A DNA stretch of 62,918 bases, the filler included, from Perkinsus chesapeaki ATCC PRA-425 (Eukaryota; Protista; Perkinsozoa), in NCBI GenBank assembly GCA_013115145.1. It is 14 parts of 14 records of this genome, joined end to end, with 100 filler letters (N's around TTAATTAATTAA, not from the genome) between each part and the next. Parts side by side here need not be neighbours in the genome. Positions count along the whole stretch, not along the records: positions 9,105 to 19,940 come from JAAPAO010000871.1; positions 20,041 to 37,015 come from JAAPAO010000694.1; 12 more parts are not named here. One strand, written 5' to 3'. The position numbers were made by a program, and so were the translations under genes. How positions within the stretch are numbered: the stretch's first letter is position 1; each line of letters opens with the position of its first letter. Under the pieces are notes generated by a model. It had not been told where the DNA came from. It saw only the letters and a program-made list of their open reading frames with translations, and made no database searches. Below are positions 12,922 to 25,037 of this stretch, piece after piece.

Positions 12922-13976
12922 TGGCCGCGCGTTCAGTCCGGGGCGGCAAACGAACGGCGCTTTGGTATCCTTGTTGACTCAACACAGTGACAACACTGTT
13001 GAGTCTTCGACACTTGGCATGAGAGCTGCATAACATCATCTTAAGCTGTTACTCTGCACAACTCGTTCAGCTGTATAGTACAATTCGTACTCACTTGGGC
13101 TTCCCATTGTAGCTAAAGGGCAAACAAGCACACACTCGTTGGTTGAACTTAGTCACTCCTCCGACGTTGAACTCTCTACACTGTGCGCGAATTTGTTATG
13201 CAAATCACCGAATTTTAGTAATCTCTTGCCGTAGAGGCTTTCGATGCCAAAATTGGATGTATATGTATTTTCACTAGGGGAAATCCCATAGACGGTAGGG
13301 TTGAGAGAGGCGCTGCGATCACTTGGTGACAGCTGTAGTCAGCAGTGCTGACTCAGCACCGTTGACATCGTCATTAATGTCACTGGTGGCCCACTGGCGA
13401 ACCCCTGACGGAGTTTGTGGGTATCACGACTGTTGCAAGGTGATAGCAGTGCAGACATGGTGGTGTGTGACACACCGTGTGTCAGGCAAGGTGCTGGCAA
13501 CTGCTCAGTGAGTAGCTGTGTTAACTTAACACAACTTGTTATTGGGTTCGGTTAACTAGTTAGTTGATGTAGGACTAGAGGCTCAGATGCGTTAACACAA
13601 TAGGAGGGACCTTGAGGGATAGTTAGCTTACGCTAGAGATAGTAGTGATAAACAAGAACACACCAAGTGCAGGCGATAACCAACCGCGCCGGCCGCTTAG
13701 CCAGGGTGGCCGGTTTTTCATTCTTTCATTCTTTCTTACGGAAAGAATTTCTACTTTTCCGAAAGAAAGAATGTCTATTTTTCCTCGGAAAAATAGGAAA
13801 AATAGCCACTCCGAAAACAAGAGGCCTAGCATGTGGGGACGGTCTTACAAGTACCGCAGTACGCTTATAATCCTCGGCACGGATTCAGTATCCATGGGGT
13901 TGAGAAGAAACCATAAAAATAGATGGCTTTTATATGACCCTACCAGGGATCGAACCCGCTCCTTTCTCGTCTGGGG

Positions 13977-14058
13977 GCATGCCTCACTGAGGCATGGCAT
14001 GAGGCCTCATGAGGCCTCAGTGAGGCAGCCTCAGCAAAGATTCCCTGCCTAGGCCTCC
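13977..14058. repeat. Nested palindromic GAGGC/GCCTC cluster
   Basis: CATGCCTCA-C-TGAGGCATG, CATGAGGCCTCATG and GCCTCAGTGAGGC. 13980-13993 is the reverse complement of 14014-14027. Confidence 0.9.
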
Positions 14059-16423
14059 GAATACGCTAAGTTTCTAGTAATTCATTGCACTATCTTAGCT
14101 CTAATAGTATGCTCCATCTCTATGATGTGCATAATTAATGACTCCAATCCTATTTCAGCAAAATTTCTATGATTTGTCTATTTTTCCCTATTTTCCTTAT
14201 TTTTCGTATTCTTCCGAAAGAAAAATAGCATGAAATCCGCAGAATCCTACAACAAACTCAACACTGTTATGTTAACACTATCAATTGTGGCCCGCTCACA
14301 TGAATGACACACCAAATCATGTCCCCCCAACTGTCACAACCCGCGTCTAGAGCGTACCTAAGAGAATGTCAGCGGATAGGCGCTGCCCAAACTCGGCGCT
14401 GAAACAATCTCTTTGAACGTTGGGTTAGCCATCGAAAGATGACCCCCACTCGGGAAGATATCCCAGGGCTGGAATCTTGCGTTCAATTAAGTTGAGTGGG
14501 CCAACCGGGATACCTCCATGATGGCCCGTCCATCAGCCTGGTGACCAGGCCCTGGTCTGTTTAATGGCCCGAAGTTCCTGAGGTGCTTATTCATAGCATG
14601 CGGAAAGCTCAATAGCTAGGCGCACCCCAAACTATTCATGTGTGACAACAGGCACCGAACTGTACGTACATGTACAGCGGGCAGTGCCCGCAGTCAACTC
14701 CCGTCGCTCGCGATTCGAGCTGATTGCGAAATAGTGCCCTTCAGCATGAGTGTAAACTTCTGCCGGTGAGTTTCTTGCAGCTGCCCTGTCTGCAGCCGAC
14801 GGGAACGAGTTTATTCTTGGTGTGCTACTGTTGAGGAAAACTCTGCGCGTTTTCGCGCAATCGAGACTCAGGCAAATGTCCTCGAAGAACCTTTTCACCT
14901 GAAGTCGAACAATGATGCAACCAATGCGAATATTACTACTTCCATAATGGAAGTAGTGATAATGGAAGTTCCATTCCATTATTCAACCTCAGTCCTCCCA
15001 GCGATCCTCTTTTTAGTAATGAATTAAAGCCTTCACATATATTATTATCATATGCCACATTTAATAGTTTGTTGGTGTGATGATTCTGTATATACTATAT
15101 ACAGAATCATACTATATACTATATAGGGCGATAATCGACTCTTCCGGATGACGAAAAATAACTGATAAAAATAACGCGTGGTGTCAAATTTGCGTTGGAT
15201 TGGATGCTGTTTGATAAACCACGGTATGCATGATCGTCCGGACATTTGCATAGGGCATCGGCAATGATAATTGAATCCTGCCGCTCCGCCTCTGTCATTG
15301 AGACTTTTCGGAGACTTTTCGGAGACTTTCCCATCGATGCCAGCGGCATCTGTGTATAAATATACTAAATATATAAATATATTTGGTAGGCTGTGCCTAC
15401 AAAACAAGCAAGCTGCTTGTTTTGTGTTCCCATACTGAGCATTCCATTTTCGGAAGTCTCCAGGTTTCTTGTTTTACACTTACCCCCAAACACCCAATTG
15501 GCGATGTATTTTATCACTAATACCAGTACCGTAGTGTCACCTATTCCCTCACACAAAGTCCAACTAAGATCACGCTTACACATCTCGAAACACAGAACCA
15601 CATGGCACGATAGCATCGGCGATGCTATCGTGCCATACATCCCAGTAGAGCTTCCATACCTCCGCTTAGGCTAACAACAAACTTCCTACAATCATCAACC
15701 ATAAAGCGTACCAATGGAATCCCGTCGTAGACGCCGTCTACTAGACGGCATGGGTTGGCACAACTCCGTCCTCAGGCAACTGCCATACAAAGATCTCAAT
15801 ACCAGGAGTAACCAAGAACTTGTACCTCACCACTCCGACACGAGTTGCCCCCTTCCTCGACAGCGATATTGTCGTCATTCACTTGAGTTATACCCCTCGT
15901 GGCCTTTATTCCCGGATTACGAGATACCTACTCGATATACCCAGGATCTGGGTACAGAACGGGAGGGGAAATTCCCCTCCATCGATCACGCTATTTACAA
16001 GTTGTAAATAGCGTGTAAATAGTGTTGTAAATTACAACACTCGGCATAATCTTCTCTTCTCGCCAGTTAACGGGCATAAGTTTTCCCCGGTAATTACCAA
16101 TTCTTCGCCATCACTTAAGCCTTGTAAATAGTAGTAACGAAGATCTTCATCATCTGTCTCTGAGCTATCTCCGTCAACCGATGCATCTTCATCAAACAGT
16201 TAAGACTGCCCGTAGGGTAACGTCAATATCATCATTTATACATGCATTGCTGCGTATTTGAATTTCGTTTCTTTTCGGCTATGTTATAGAGGAGGTTGAG
16301 TAGCATACGTGGGCGGAGTTTGATGTATTTAAAATGCGTGATTACTGAGATATATGGCTATGAAGTATACTGGGTAGGGTGGGTAGGACCTAGGAAAACG
16401 ACAAGTAGAAAAGTGTTTAAAAA

Positions 16424-16496
16424 GTCAACCTTGGGATTCGAACCCGGGACCTTCCGCGTCACAGCACGCGTGCTTAACCAGCTAAGCTAAAATGTC
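16424..16496 (-). pseudogene. tRNA-like pseudogene or SINE head
   Basis: 73 nt with A box TAGCTTAGCTGG, B box GGTTCGAATCC and TTTTT immediately downstream. Acceptor and T stems are mismatched and the anticodon loop has 6 nt. Confidence 0.6.
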
Positions 16497-16807
16497 ACTA
16501 TACTGTTTATTGTTTCCCTAGTGTTGTAAAAGTGAGGCGTGGTTTCTGTACTCAGATTGTTTTGTTTTGTTCCCATCTAGTTTTCTATACGTACCCCTCC
16601 CCCATTAATTGACTACTGAACTCAAATCATTTGAGTCAAATGTTATTCATATTGCAAAACAAGAAGATACTAGTAATGCACAGAATAATACAAAGCGATA
16701 TAGGTGGCCAGAGTAGAACATGTAGAGAATAGGAAACAAAGGAAAGAAACGTAACAAAGGAGCCCTACACAGGCTCAACCGCACCCTACACAACCGAGGA
16801 AGTAAAC

Positions 16808-18843
16808 CTACTGCTTACGCTTCTCGATGAGGCCACTATAATGGCAGGTGCCATCATAGTAGATGCAGAGTGGATCAACTTCTCGAGTGGCGTTGAAAAT
16901 GGTCGCTATGACCGCCAACTCTCTTTCTCCCGCCCAAGCCTTGGGATCGCGCATGCTCGATACATACTGTTCCCACGTAGGTCTTGGAGGTAATCCCCTG
17001 CTACGGAAGATTGCCTGACCAATGTCAGAAGCACACTCTGCTTCCCAACTGTCCTGTAGAGGAGGGTTGTTCTGCAGAATGTTGCAGACTTCGTGGCGGA
17101 GAATTAACGGGAAATCCTCAACGTTCTTGTCGCGTATACAGCTTGGCAACCTCCCAGGAAGAGCATTGGCTGAGACAGAGATTGCGTAAAAGAGGCAAGC
17201 CCCATCGCCAGGAACGATGATGCGGTAGTACTCTTTATTACGCAGGACCCACGTATAGTGTCCTCAGGACACTGTCCTGGTCCTTCTGTTCTCCACCAGT
17301 ACGTCGGGAATGTGTCGGTTGTTTGAGCGGGCATGTTGCGCCACTCATGAGCGGGTTGCAACACATTGCCATCAAATCCCCGATCAACATCCCTAAATCC
17401 ACGACGTTTTGACGCGTTTCCTTCATACAGAACAACGTGCGCTCTCCAGCCTGCACCGTATTGGGAGATAATATCTCGCATAGCATCGGTGTAGGACTTG
17501 AAACTTTCAAGTCGGTGTCACGAGCTTTCAAGTTGAAAGCTCGTGACACCGACTTGTTCCCTTTCTTTTGAGCCGCCTTTTTTAGGCTGTAAGCAATTAG
17601 TCCTTGCTTATTTTTAGCTCCAGAAAAGGGTCGGCGCCACTTCACGACTCGGTAGAGGGTTAGCGCCAAATTATCGTCTAGTATATTGACGTCGCTACTC
17701 CTAATCGTTCAGTTCATTCCCGTCTCCACACATTGAATAACCAAAACCACAATATAGTAAATTACCAATCGATACTGAGAGTAGTCAGTAAAGAAGTACA
17801 TAATGTTATGAATGAGCGAGTATACTTAACAATACTAGCGCTAAGATATCACAGCTCAGAACACAATTACACAATGCATAACGCATCATGCGTTAGATCA
17901 TTCATCACATTAACCCGCTGGTCCAGTGTTCGCCCTTTCGGGTATGTAGACTTCGCGGTCTTCCGGTTGTACCTCTCCCACTGGGGGAGGTGTAGAAGGG
18001 CGGGTTTCGTGTAGTGTAACGTCCTCGTTATAAATACGCAAATAAAAGTGATAAGCCTCGCGACCTTTATCGAACAGTTGTTGTGCGTAATCATTGGTCT
18101 CCCCGAACAAGTTAATCAAATAAGCAGAGAAATATGTGAGGTCCTTAGGGAAGGCATTTCTGTTGTCCCCACTGGCCAGTTCAAGTTTCTCTGCGACTTT
18201 GAGTGCCTTGTCGGTTAAACTCAGATAGTCCGCAAATTTAACTGTTTCATCATCATTGTCATCATTTTCTCTTTCTCTTTTCTTTTTCTTGACAATAGTA
18301 GCAGCCGCAGTAGCGGAAGTTGTAGCAGCAGCAGTAGCAGTAGCCCGATTAGTTGCGTATCGTTCCGCCTCTGCCCGTCTCGTTTCCCAATAGCCCGGCA
18401 CCGTCAATGCACCGGTAGTTCGGCGACATCCTGGTGCCGGGCTAGGTAGGGTCGGAGAGGGCTGAGAGGGCAGAGAGGGCGGAGAGGGTGGTGAGGGCGG
18501 AGAGGGTGGTGAGCCTGAGATAGGAATACAAACGATATAAAACAGAGCATGCTTACCGGCAGGGGTGGGAGGCGTAGCGAGGGTAGGGAATGCGGCACTA
18601 GCAACTGCAGAACTATCACCTAATAAATATGAAATGTGTTAAGTATCGCGGATCGGATATGATCGGCTTACCTCCTGCGTACTGCCGAATACGTCCGACA
18701 CCCATTAAAAGAGCGAGATTCGCTCTTTCAAGTACATAAATCCTATGTTTTAATTTATGTACCTCATTTTTGAGGTGGTGGGAGCGGTTGCTCCTGGCCA
18801 CCGTCTTCTTGCACGCCCCGCAGTACCAAGTCTCCGCGGGCAT
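16808..18843 (-). pseudogene. Degraded copy (B) of the C2H2-finger / unknown domain / OTU protease gene
   Basis: Exon 1 has WYCGACKKTVARSNRSHHLKNEVH. Two GTAAG..AG introns splice in frame through a Pro-rich exon into ORF 17910-18407. 72/84 aa identity to 46675-46926. OTU motifs VPGDGACLF and YDGTCHYSGL. Frameshifting insertions at ~17265 and ~17530. Confidence 0.85.
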
Positions 18844-18879
18844 TTATTAAAACACTACTGATGATATGATGATATTTAT

Positions 18880-18926
18880 ATTGTTACTACTACTACTACT
18901 ATTACTACTACTACCACTACTACTAC
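18880..18926. repeat. Imperfect (TAC)n microsatellite upstream of the zinc-finger exon
   Basis: TACTACTAC run with interruptions. Confidence 0.85.
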
Positions 18927-21900
18927 AACTTCTATTTGTACATTACCTACTCTAAATTATTAAATTTCTAAGCTCTAGTACTCTTCACCTGCTCTAAATA
19001 ATTAAATTTCCTAGCTCTACTACACTACTAGGAATTAAAATATTTAATTTTCTAGACCCCACTAGTAGTAGGGAGGCTGGCTGCCAGCCAGCCTCAGGTT
19101 TCACCTATGTGTTGAGCGTCTCAACTGACGACAGGCCGATGTCATGATGGCATAGGAGGTAAATCAAACCCCTGATGTTGGTAGATTTACTCGATATAAA
19201 AATCGAGGCGACGCCTCGGGCACTCTCTATTGTATGGTCTGAGCCGCTGGTTAACTCCCACTCCTCTGCGTTCGCGTCATAGATGCGAAGGTACGTCAGT
19301 GGAAGGTTGGCGGTAGTCACATGGTGACCACTCTTGAGGAAACTGATCGTCCCTACTATGACGTCGAGGAGGCAGTTCAGGAAATTATAACCCTCCGTTT
19401 CAGCAAAAATGGTGTCCCAGCGAGCTTTGGGCAAACGGACATCCGCGCTGCCAAAAACGATGGGGCTATCTAACCGATCTGACTCAGATCATCTGAGAAG
19501 TCATAGTGGTGGCACAACGCATAGTTGACGTTGATGAGCCTCATCAGATGAGGCCGAGTGCTGCCAGCACTGACAAGGATCCCGACAAGCGCGGAATCAC
19601 CGAGTCGGTTTCGAATACGAGTGCAGCTGCGTCAGGGAATACAGCAAGCTAGGCGTTGAACCTATTGACGACAAATGGCCTAATCGAGACCAATACCACG
19701 CTTGGGCAGAGCGTCTCGTCTTCGCCGTCTACCACGTCAGGGTCGACAGCTACGTATGGGGTCCGCGTATGGTTTCGAAACCCACGACCTTGGAGCGCAT
19801 GGTGCCAGCGAGGTCCGGGCTTCCAATGCCATAGGGCTGTGTGTAATGGACAACCAGGCTCACCACCTAATCAATGAAACCAAGTGAGATGACCACAGTG
19901 TTATATACGAGTTCTGGCGACCGATTCGATTCATTGAACTNNNNNNNNNNNNNNNNNNNNNNNNNNNNNNNNNNNNNNNNNNNNTTAATTAATTAANNNN
20001 NNNNNNNNNNNNNNNNNNNNNNNNNNNNNNNNNNNNNNNNAAATAGTTTGACACATTTTATAATTGGATAAAACTCACTAATAATTCTACTTGTGTTAAC
20101 TCAATACTCAACACCCAGTCACGGAAAGTCTTAAGAAGTTACCTGCGTGAGTGTAGACCGCTGACGAACTAATGCGTAATTGCAACCGCATCATATGATC
20201 TGCATTTTTCATCCTCACATGAGGTCGTAGCGAAGCAGACATTCGAGGCCTTTACCAGTAAGGCACTTTCTAGAACTCAGCCCGTCTTTACGCAACTCAA
20301 GCGATTACCGCAGAGATCTTATTGATACTGTTTCATCAACTTGATACTGATTGATCAATTTAATTAATTAGTTTAATTTTATTATTTCAATTATTTAATT
20401 AGAATAGTCCAGACTCGTTTGAAGTGGCATTAAACGCCGCCAGACTAACAACAGGGTGGGTAAAATGTAGATCCATCTGTGCTGTAGAAGAAATAATTAA
20501 AGAGAAGGTCTCGTTGAGAACTGAATCAACCGTGTACAGTCTAACACCGAGCGTACCGATACACTCCTAAGTTACCTGATCTAATAATAATGCGAGCCTC
20601 AGATTCTGAGCTCGTGAATGAAAAGTAATTGCAGTTCCTTAGCTATTTTAGAAGTCGCTCCTTCGCCTCGTATGTACCAAGTTTACAGTTGTTCGACTCT
20701 CACGTCACACTCAATAGTCAACGGCTCACTGCAAGCTTCCTCTACCAATGATATTCACACTCACCATCCTCGGCTTATGCTGGTCCATTCAGGCTGACTA
20801 CTCGTCCGGATCCTACTTCAAGGAGATCGATAATACTGTGTTCAGACTTCATCGATGAACACACCGAATTCTCTACCCGACGTCGTACTATCTATATGGT
20901 CTGATGGACACCAGTGCCTGTCAGACCGTATGAATGTTGTGTCCCTCATTGATGGGTTTTGTGTGTAGCACAAGATATTGTGTGTAGCGTAAAATAGCGT
21001 GCTTGTAGGGAGCGCACGTTGTGTGTTGGTTGCACCACCCGTGGCAGTTTCGGGGTCATCCGGGGTTGAGTTTATGGTATCTTCGCAGTTACGCAAGGTT
21101 CCAAACCTCTATTTTTTTCGTTTCCTCTGGGAGGCGCCAGTCTTGCTCCTCTGAAGGCGATTTGTCTAAGGAAAACTCTCGCCACTCTTAGAAGCATCCT
21201 GGCCCTGCGATACCTTATCGGAGCGTTCTAGCAGAACTTACTCCTGATCCAGGTATCGCCTCTTCCGAAGCTCCCGGAGAGGAAAGCGGTTTTATGGCTA
21301 ACATCATTAACCTCGACTCCACTAATGACTCCGATACGCTTACGCTCTTGTCTACCAACTAGGGGTATGCATCTCTCAAATCCACGTGAGCAATATCAGA
21401 CCCTGATATGGTGGAGTCGCGAAGGATCCGTGCACATTCTTAGCTATCCATTTCTTTCAGTTTGTTGTAAGGTGCAGAGCCCCGCGGCGGCCATTAATCC
21501 AATGACTAATCAATACGACAGCTCAAACGATCGTTGTATGTCAGCAATTCTTACGCCAATATCATTGTGCAATCTGGCAGTCATTGTGTTAGTCAGCCTT
21601 CTTGGAAAAACCTTGAAGAACCCTGAGGTTGGCGGCTCATCCTCTAGCGTCCTCTAATAGAGCGCTGAAGTTTGAAGAGCAGAAGTGTGATGAATATGGA
21701 AAAACGATACATGGGGCTTGACAATAGTCAGCCTACAGTTTTTCAATGAGAATTTCTCATATAATCAATGTATCAAAACTTCTCCGGTTTCTTGGGATCT
21801 CCGTCTGTCCGAGTTGTCGAGTTGAGCTGAACGATATTGATCAAGCATTGCAAAATATGATAATTTTGTGGAAGCGCGATTTTTGGCAGTTCAACAAGAT

Positions 21901-22055
21901 CCGACTGGGGGAACGAAGATATAATCACCCAAATGACTATCGTGATTTATACACCCCGCATGTATGAGAGTGTGTATCCGGGAGCCTGGAGCAAATAACT
22001 CTAGTCGAAGTTATTGGGAAATAGTAATCAATATTCAACTTTATTTAATGGAATC

Positions 22056-23400
22056 TTATTTGATCGATAATGCAGTACCATAGCTACGGTGTGCGCTACG
22101 GGGACATAACACAACGGGACAATCGTACACAAGTCTCACAATTTTCCCCTCCTCAAGAGGATAAGGATTATCATAACCATAACGGTTAGGCTTGCGTATA
22201 ATTCGTCCATACACGATGCATATCTTCATGTACTCTAGGGGGATGTTGTTGTTGTAAAGCAGCATTAGTGACGGTTTCTGAGATGGGGGAGATATTCTTG
22301 CTTGCCTAGGCTGATGCTTACGAGTAGGAGGTACCAGTGATAGATCAGCTTCATCTAATCGCAGACGATTTACATGACAAGTAAAAGTATGACCAGTTCG
22401 ATCCACACATATACAATAAGTAACCGGACCAAGTTTCTTGAGACAAGTAAATCCTCTTCTCCAATGAGTTGATATCTTGGAACGTAAAGAATCGAAGTAT
22501 ACCAGAACCGGAGTACATTGTGGTATATCGGCAGGAGCTTTGGCTTTCTTATTGAACTGCCTTTGATACGTAGACTTTGCTGCTACTAACTGGCCATTTA
22601 CATAATCTATAATAGTTGCATGTGCTTCATCATGTGGTCGAGCATTAGACATATATTGGGGTAGCATAAGGTAGGGATAATGTGGACGTGTTCCAAACAT
22701 AACCTCAAAAGGTGTCAACTTGACACTGTCAAGCCAATATAGCTCTGTTTAGCAGTATTATGCTGGTAAACCAATTTTGGTAAGGCTTGGGTCCAGTTCC
22801 CATTAGTAGTCGTAATTAAGTACGATTCGATACGATCCAATAGAACTCGATGGAACCTTTCTACTTGACCATTACTTGCTGGATGAGCAACAGAAGGGTA
22901 TCTAACCATTATACCATATTGATTTAACTGTTCTCGATACTTATCATTATCAAAATTCTTCCCACGGTCACTAACCATTGTATCTGGTACCCCATAAATA
23001 TAAAAGATACGAGATAAGGTACTAAGAGTAGTATTAACTGTCTCATCAGGAACCAAGACTGCCACCGCCCATTTGCTGGAATGACAGCACATTGCAAGTA
23101 ACTTTTCACCATCTATGGTGAGAAAGTCAACTGAAACCACCTGCCAAGGCCTCGTTGCATAATGTACACGAAGTGATGCCGGTCGTGAAGACCTTTTTCT
23201 CAATGTACATGCTGGACACTTCTTGACAAATGAAAATAAATATTGTTATATATTTGCTCGCCAAATAGGCTAATATTCATCATTGCCTGCCTCTCAGTAT
23301 ATAGCCTGGTACACACACTCCTAACTTGTCATATTATGCTATATCTTGGCATAAGCGTGGCTGGCCAACATGCCAACATTGTTGGCTTGTGAATCACAAG
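22056..23400 (-). mobile_element. Ty3/Gypsy-type integrase, frameshifted pseudogene
   Basis: VKKCPAC (HHCC remnant), RPWQVVSVDF, YGVPDTMVSDRG, HPASNGQVERFH (DDE core), then TPFEVMFG and LGPVTY...HVNRLR in the next frame. Stops upstream; possible protease remnant VDT near 23845. Confidence 0.9.
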
Positions 23401-25000
23401 TTGTGATATACACTTCATCCGTTTGTGACCCAACTTCCTATATATCAGGCTGATATACATTCGTCCTAGAACTCGCTCTATGAAACATAGACCTACACTC
23501 TACTCCTCCTCTCGCGACCCCAGCGACTGTCTAGAGTTGGAAAGGTATCGGGTGTTGGTCAGCACGCGGTAAGCCCTGATGCTCCCACCGCAATGCTGAC
23601 GCGTTCAAACTCCTATAACCTTAACATCCGCACGGCACCGTACACCCGTCCTTTATTGTAGGTACTGCCGCTGCGATGTACACCGCCCCGTACGGCGGCC
23701 ATATCAGCAGACTGCCGGCAGTCACTGCCCAGTCGCTGTAAGGAGTGAACGCCCTCTCCAGCCCAACCCCGATCCCACGCCACTCCCCGACGTCGCGCCA
23801 AACGTGACAGTGCCAACAGCGCCCTCACGACACAGGTAGTATCAACCAACCTGTCACCAACGACCTAGCCATCTACCTGCGACACCAGCGTTCGGGTGTT
23901 GACTTCAACACGCCTACCTCCCAACAGGCACAATTTATGGAATAAACTTCATTCTATGGCGGCATGCTCGAGAGTTGCAAGTCTACACATTCAGATGTCG
24001 TGTCCGTCGGTATCTACTCGCAATTTTGACATAGATAATCTCTACGTCGCCGCCAGTGAGACCGCCATAGGTTGCTTAAAGAATGTCGCAGATGGTAAGC
24101 CATCATTAGGCGGCATCCACCTGATTTTTGCATAGGTTTCGGGGAGGTGTCAGTGTCGCTTGCCATGCTAAATTCGCAACTGTATAGTCCTGTGACTATT
24201 GTGATGTACAGTGATAGCACACTGGCACACGATGAGCAAGAGGTGCGTCATCCGGTGACTTACACCACTTGTCACATCTTCTCCCACACTTCTCGGAAAA
24301 GAAGCGGTTTTACAGGTTGTTGTCGACAAGCAGACAGGAACGTCTCGCGGCTAAGGTTTCATTTCATTTGATAACTGTGATGCGGCTGGGAGAACTGTAC
24401 ACGTCATGCCTGGTCTTGGCGGTCGGAATCGTAAAGTCTTGGCGGTGGGTGTCGGAATTAGCGTTGCCAATGGACGAAATTGCTGAGTGTTCGTTAATAG
24501 TCCGAAGACTCTTCGGCGGAGAGTCGTTTAAAGCGATAGTAAGTGATGTACTCCCGGATCGGGACTGTCCCGGTGGGATATGTAATATCTCTGCTCAGTC
24601 ATGGCGTTGCATTAATGTGATACTGTGTCTGAGACAGTGTATCATCTCCGGTAGGACATCGGATGCTCTACCGCGTTGTTCAACATCCGGTATCCAAGCA
24701 ACGTGACAGTAGCATCTCGATTGAGCTTCCTTGGTGAATTCGAAGGCTCTGACTCGCGGTTTTCACTCCAAGCTTCCAACGCAACTGGTGCTAAAACAGG
24801 ACAAACAGGTACTTTGATGAGGTTACTAAGTTTCTCAGCTGCTCTACCAGTTACAGTTGACTACGAAATGACTTGTCTGATGAGCTGAGATGGGGTTATT
24901 AAAACACAGCCCACAACGGTAGAACGGAGCCGAGCCGTTCATACTAGCGGCAGTGGTTAAAAAAAGCATACGATGCTCAAGGACGCTAAGTGAGCACCTT

Positions 25001-25037
25001 GATACGGTATCACCAACTCAGTTGGTGATACCGTATC
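25001..25037. repeat. Perfect 18-bp-arm palindrome
   Basis: GATACGGTATCACCAACT-C-AGTTGGTGATACCGTATC. Confidence 0.95.
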
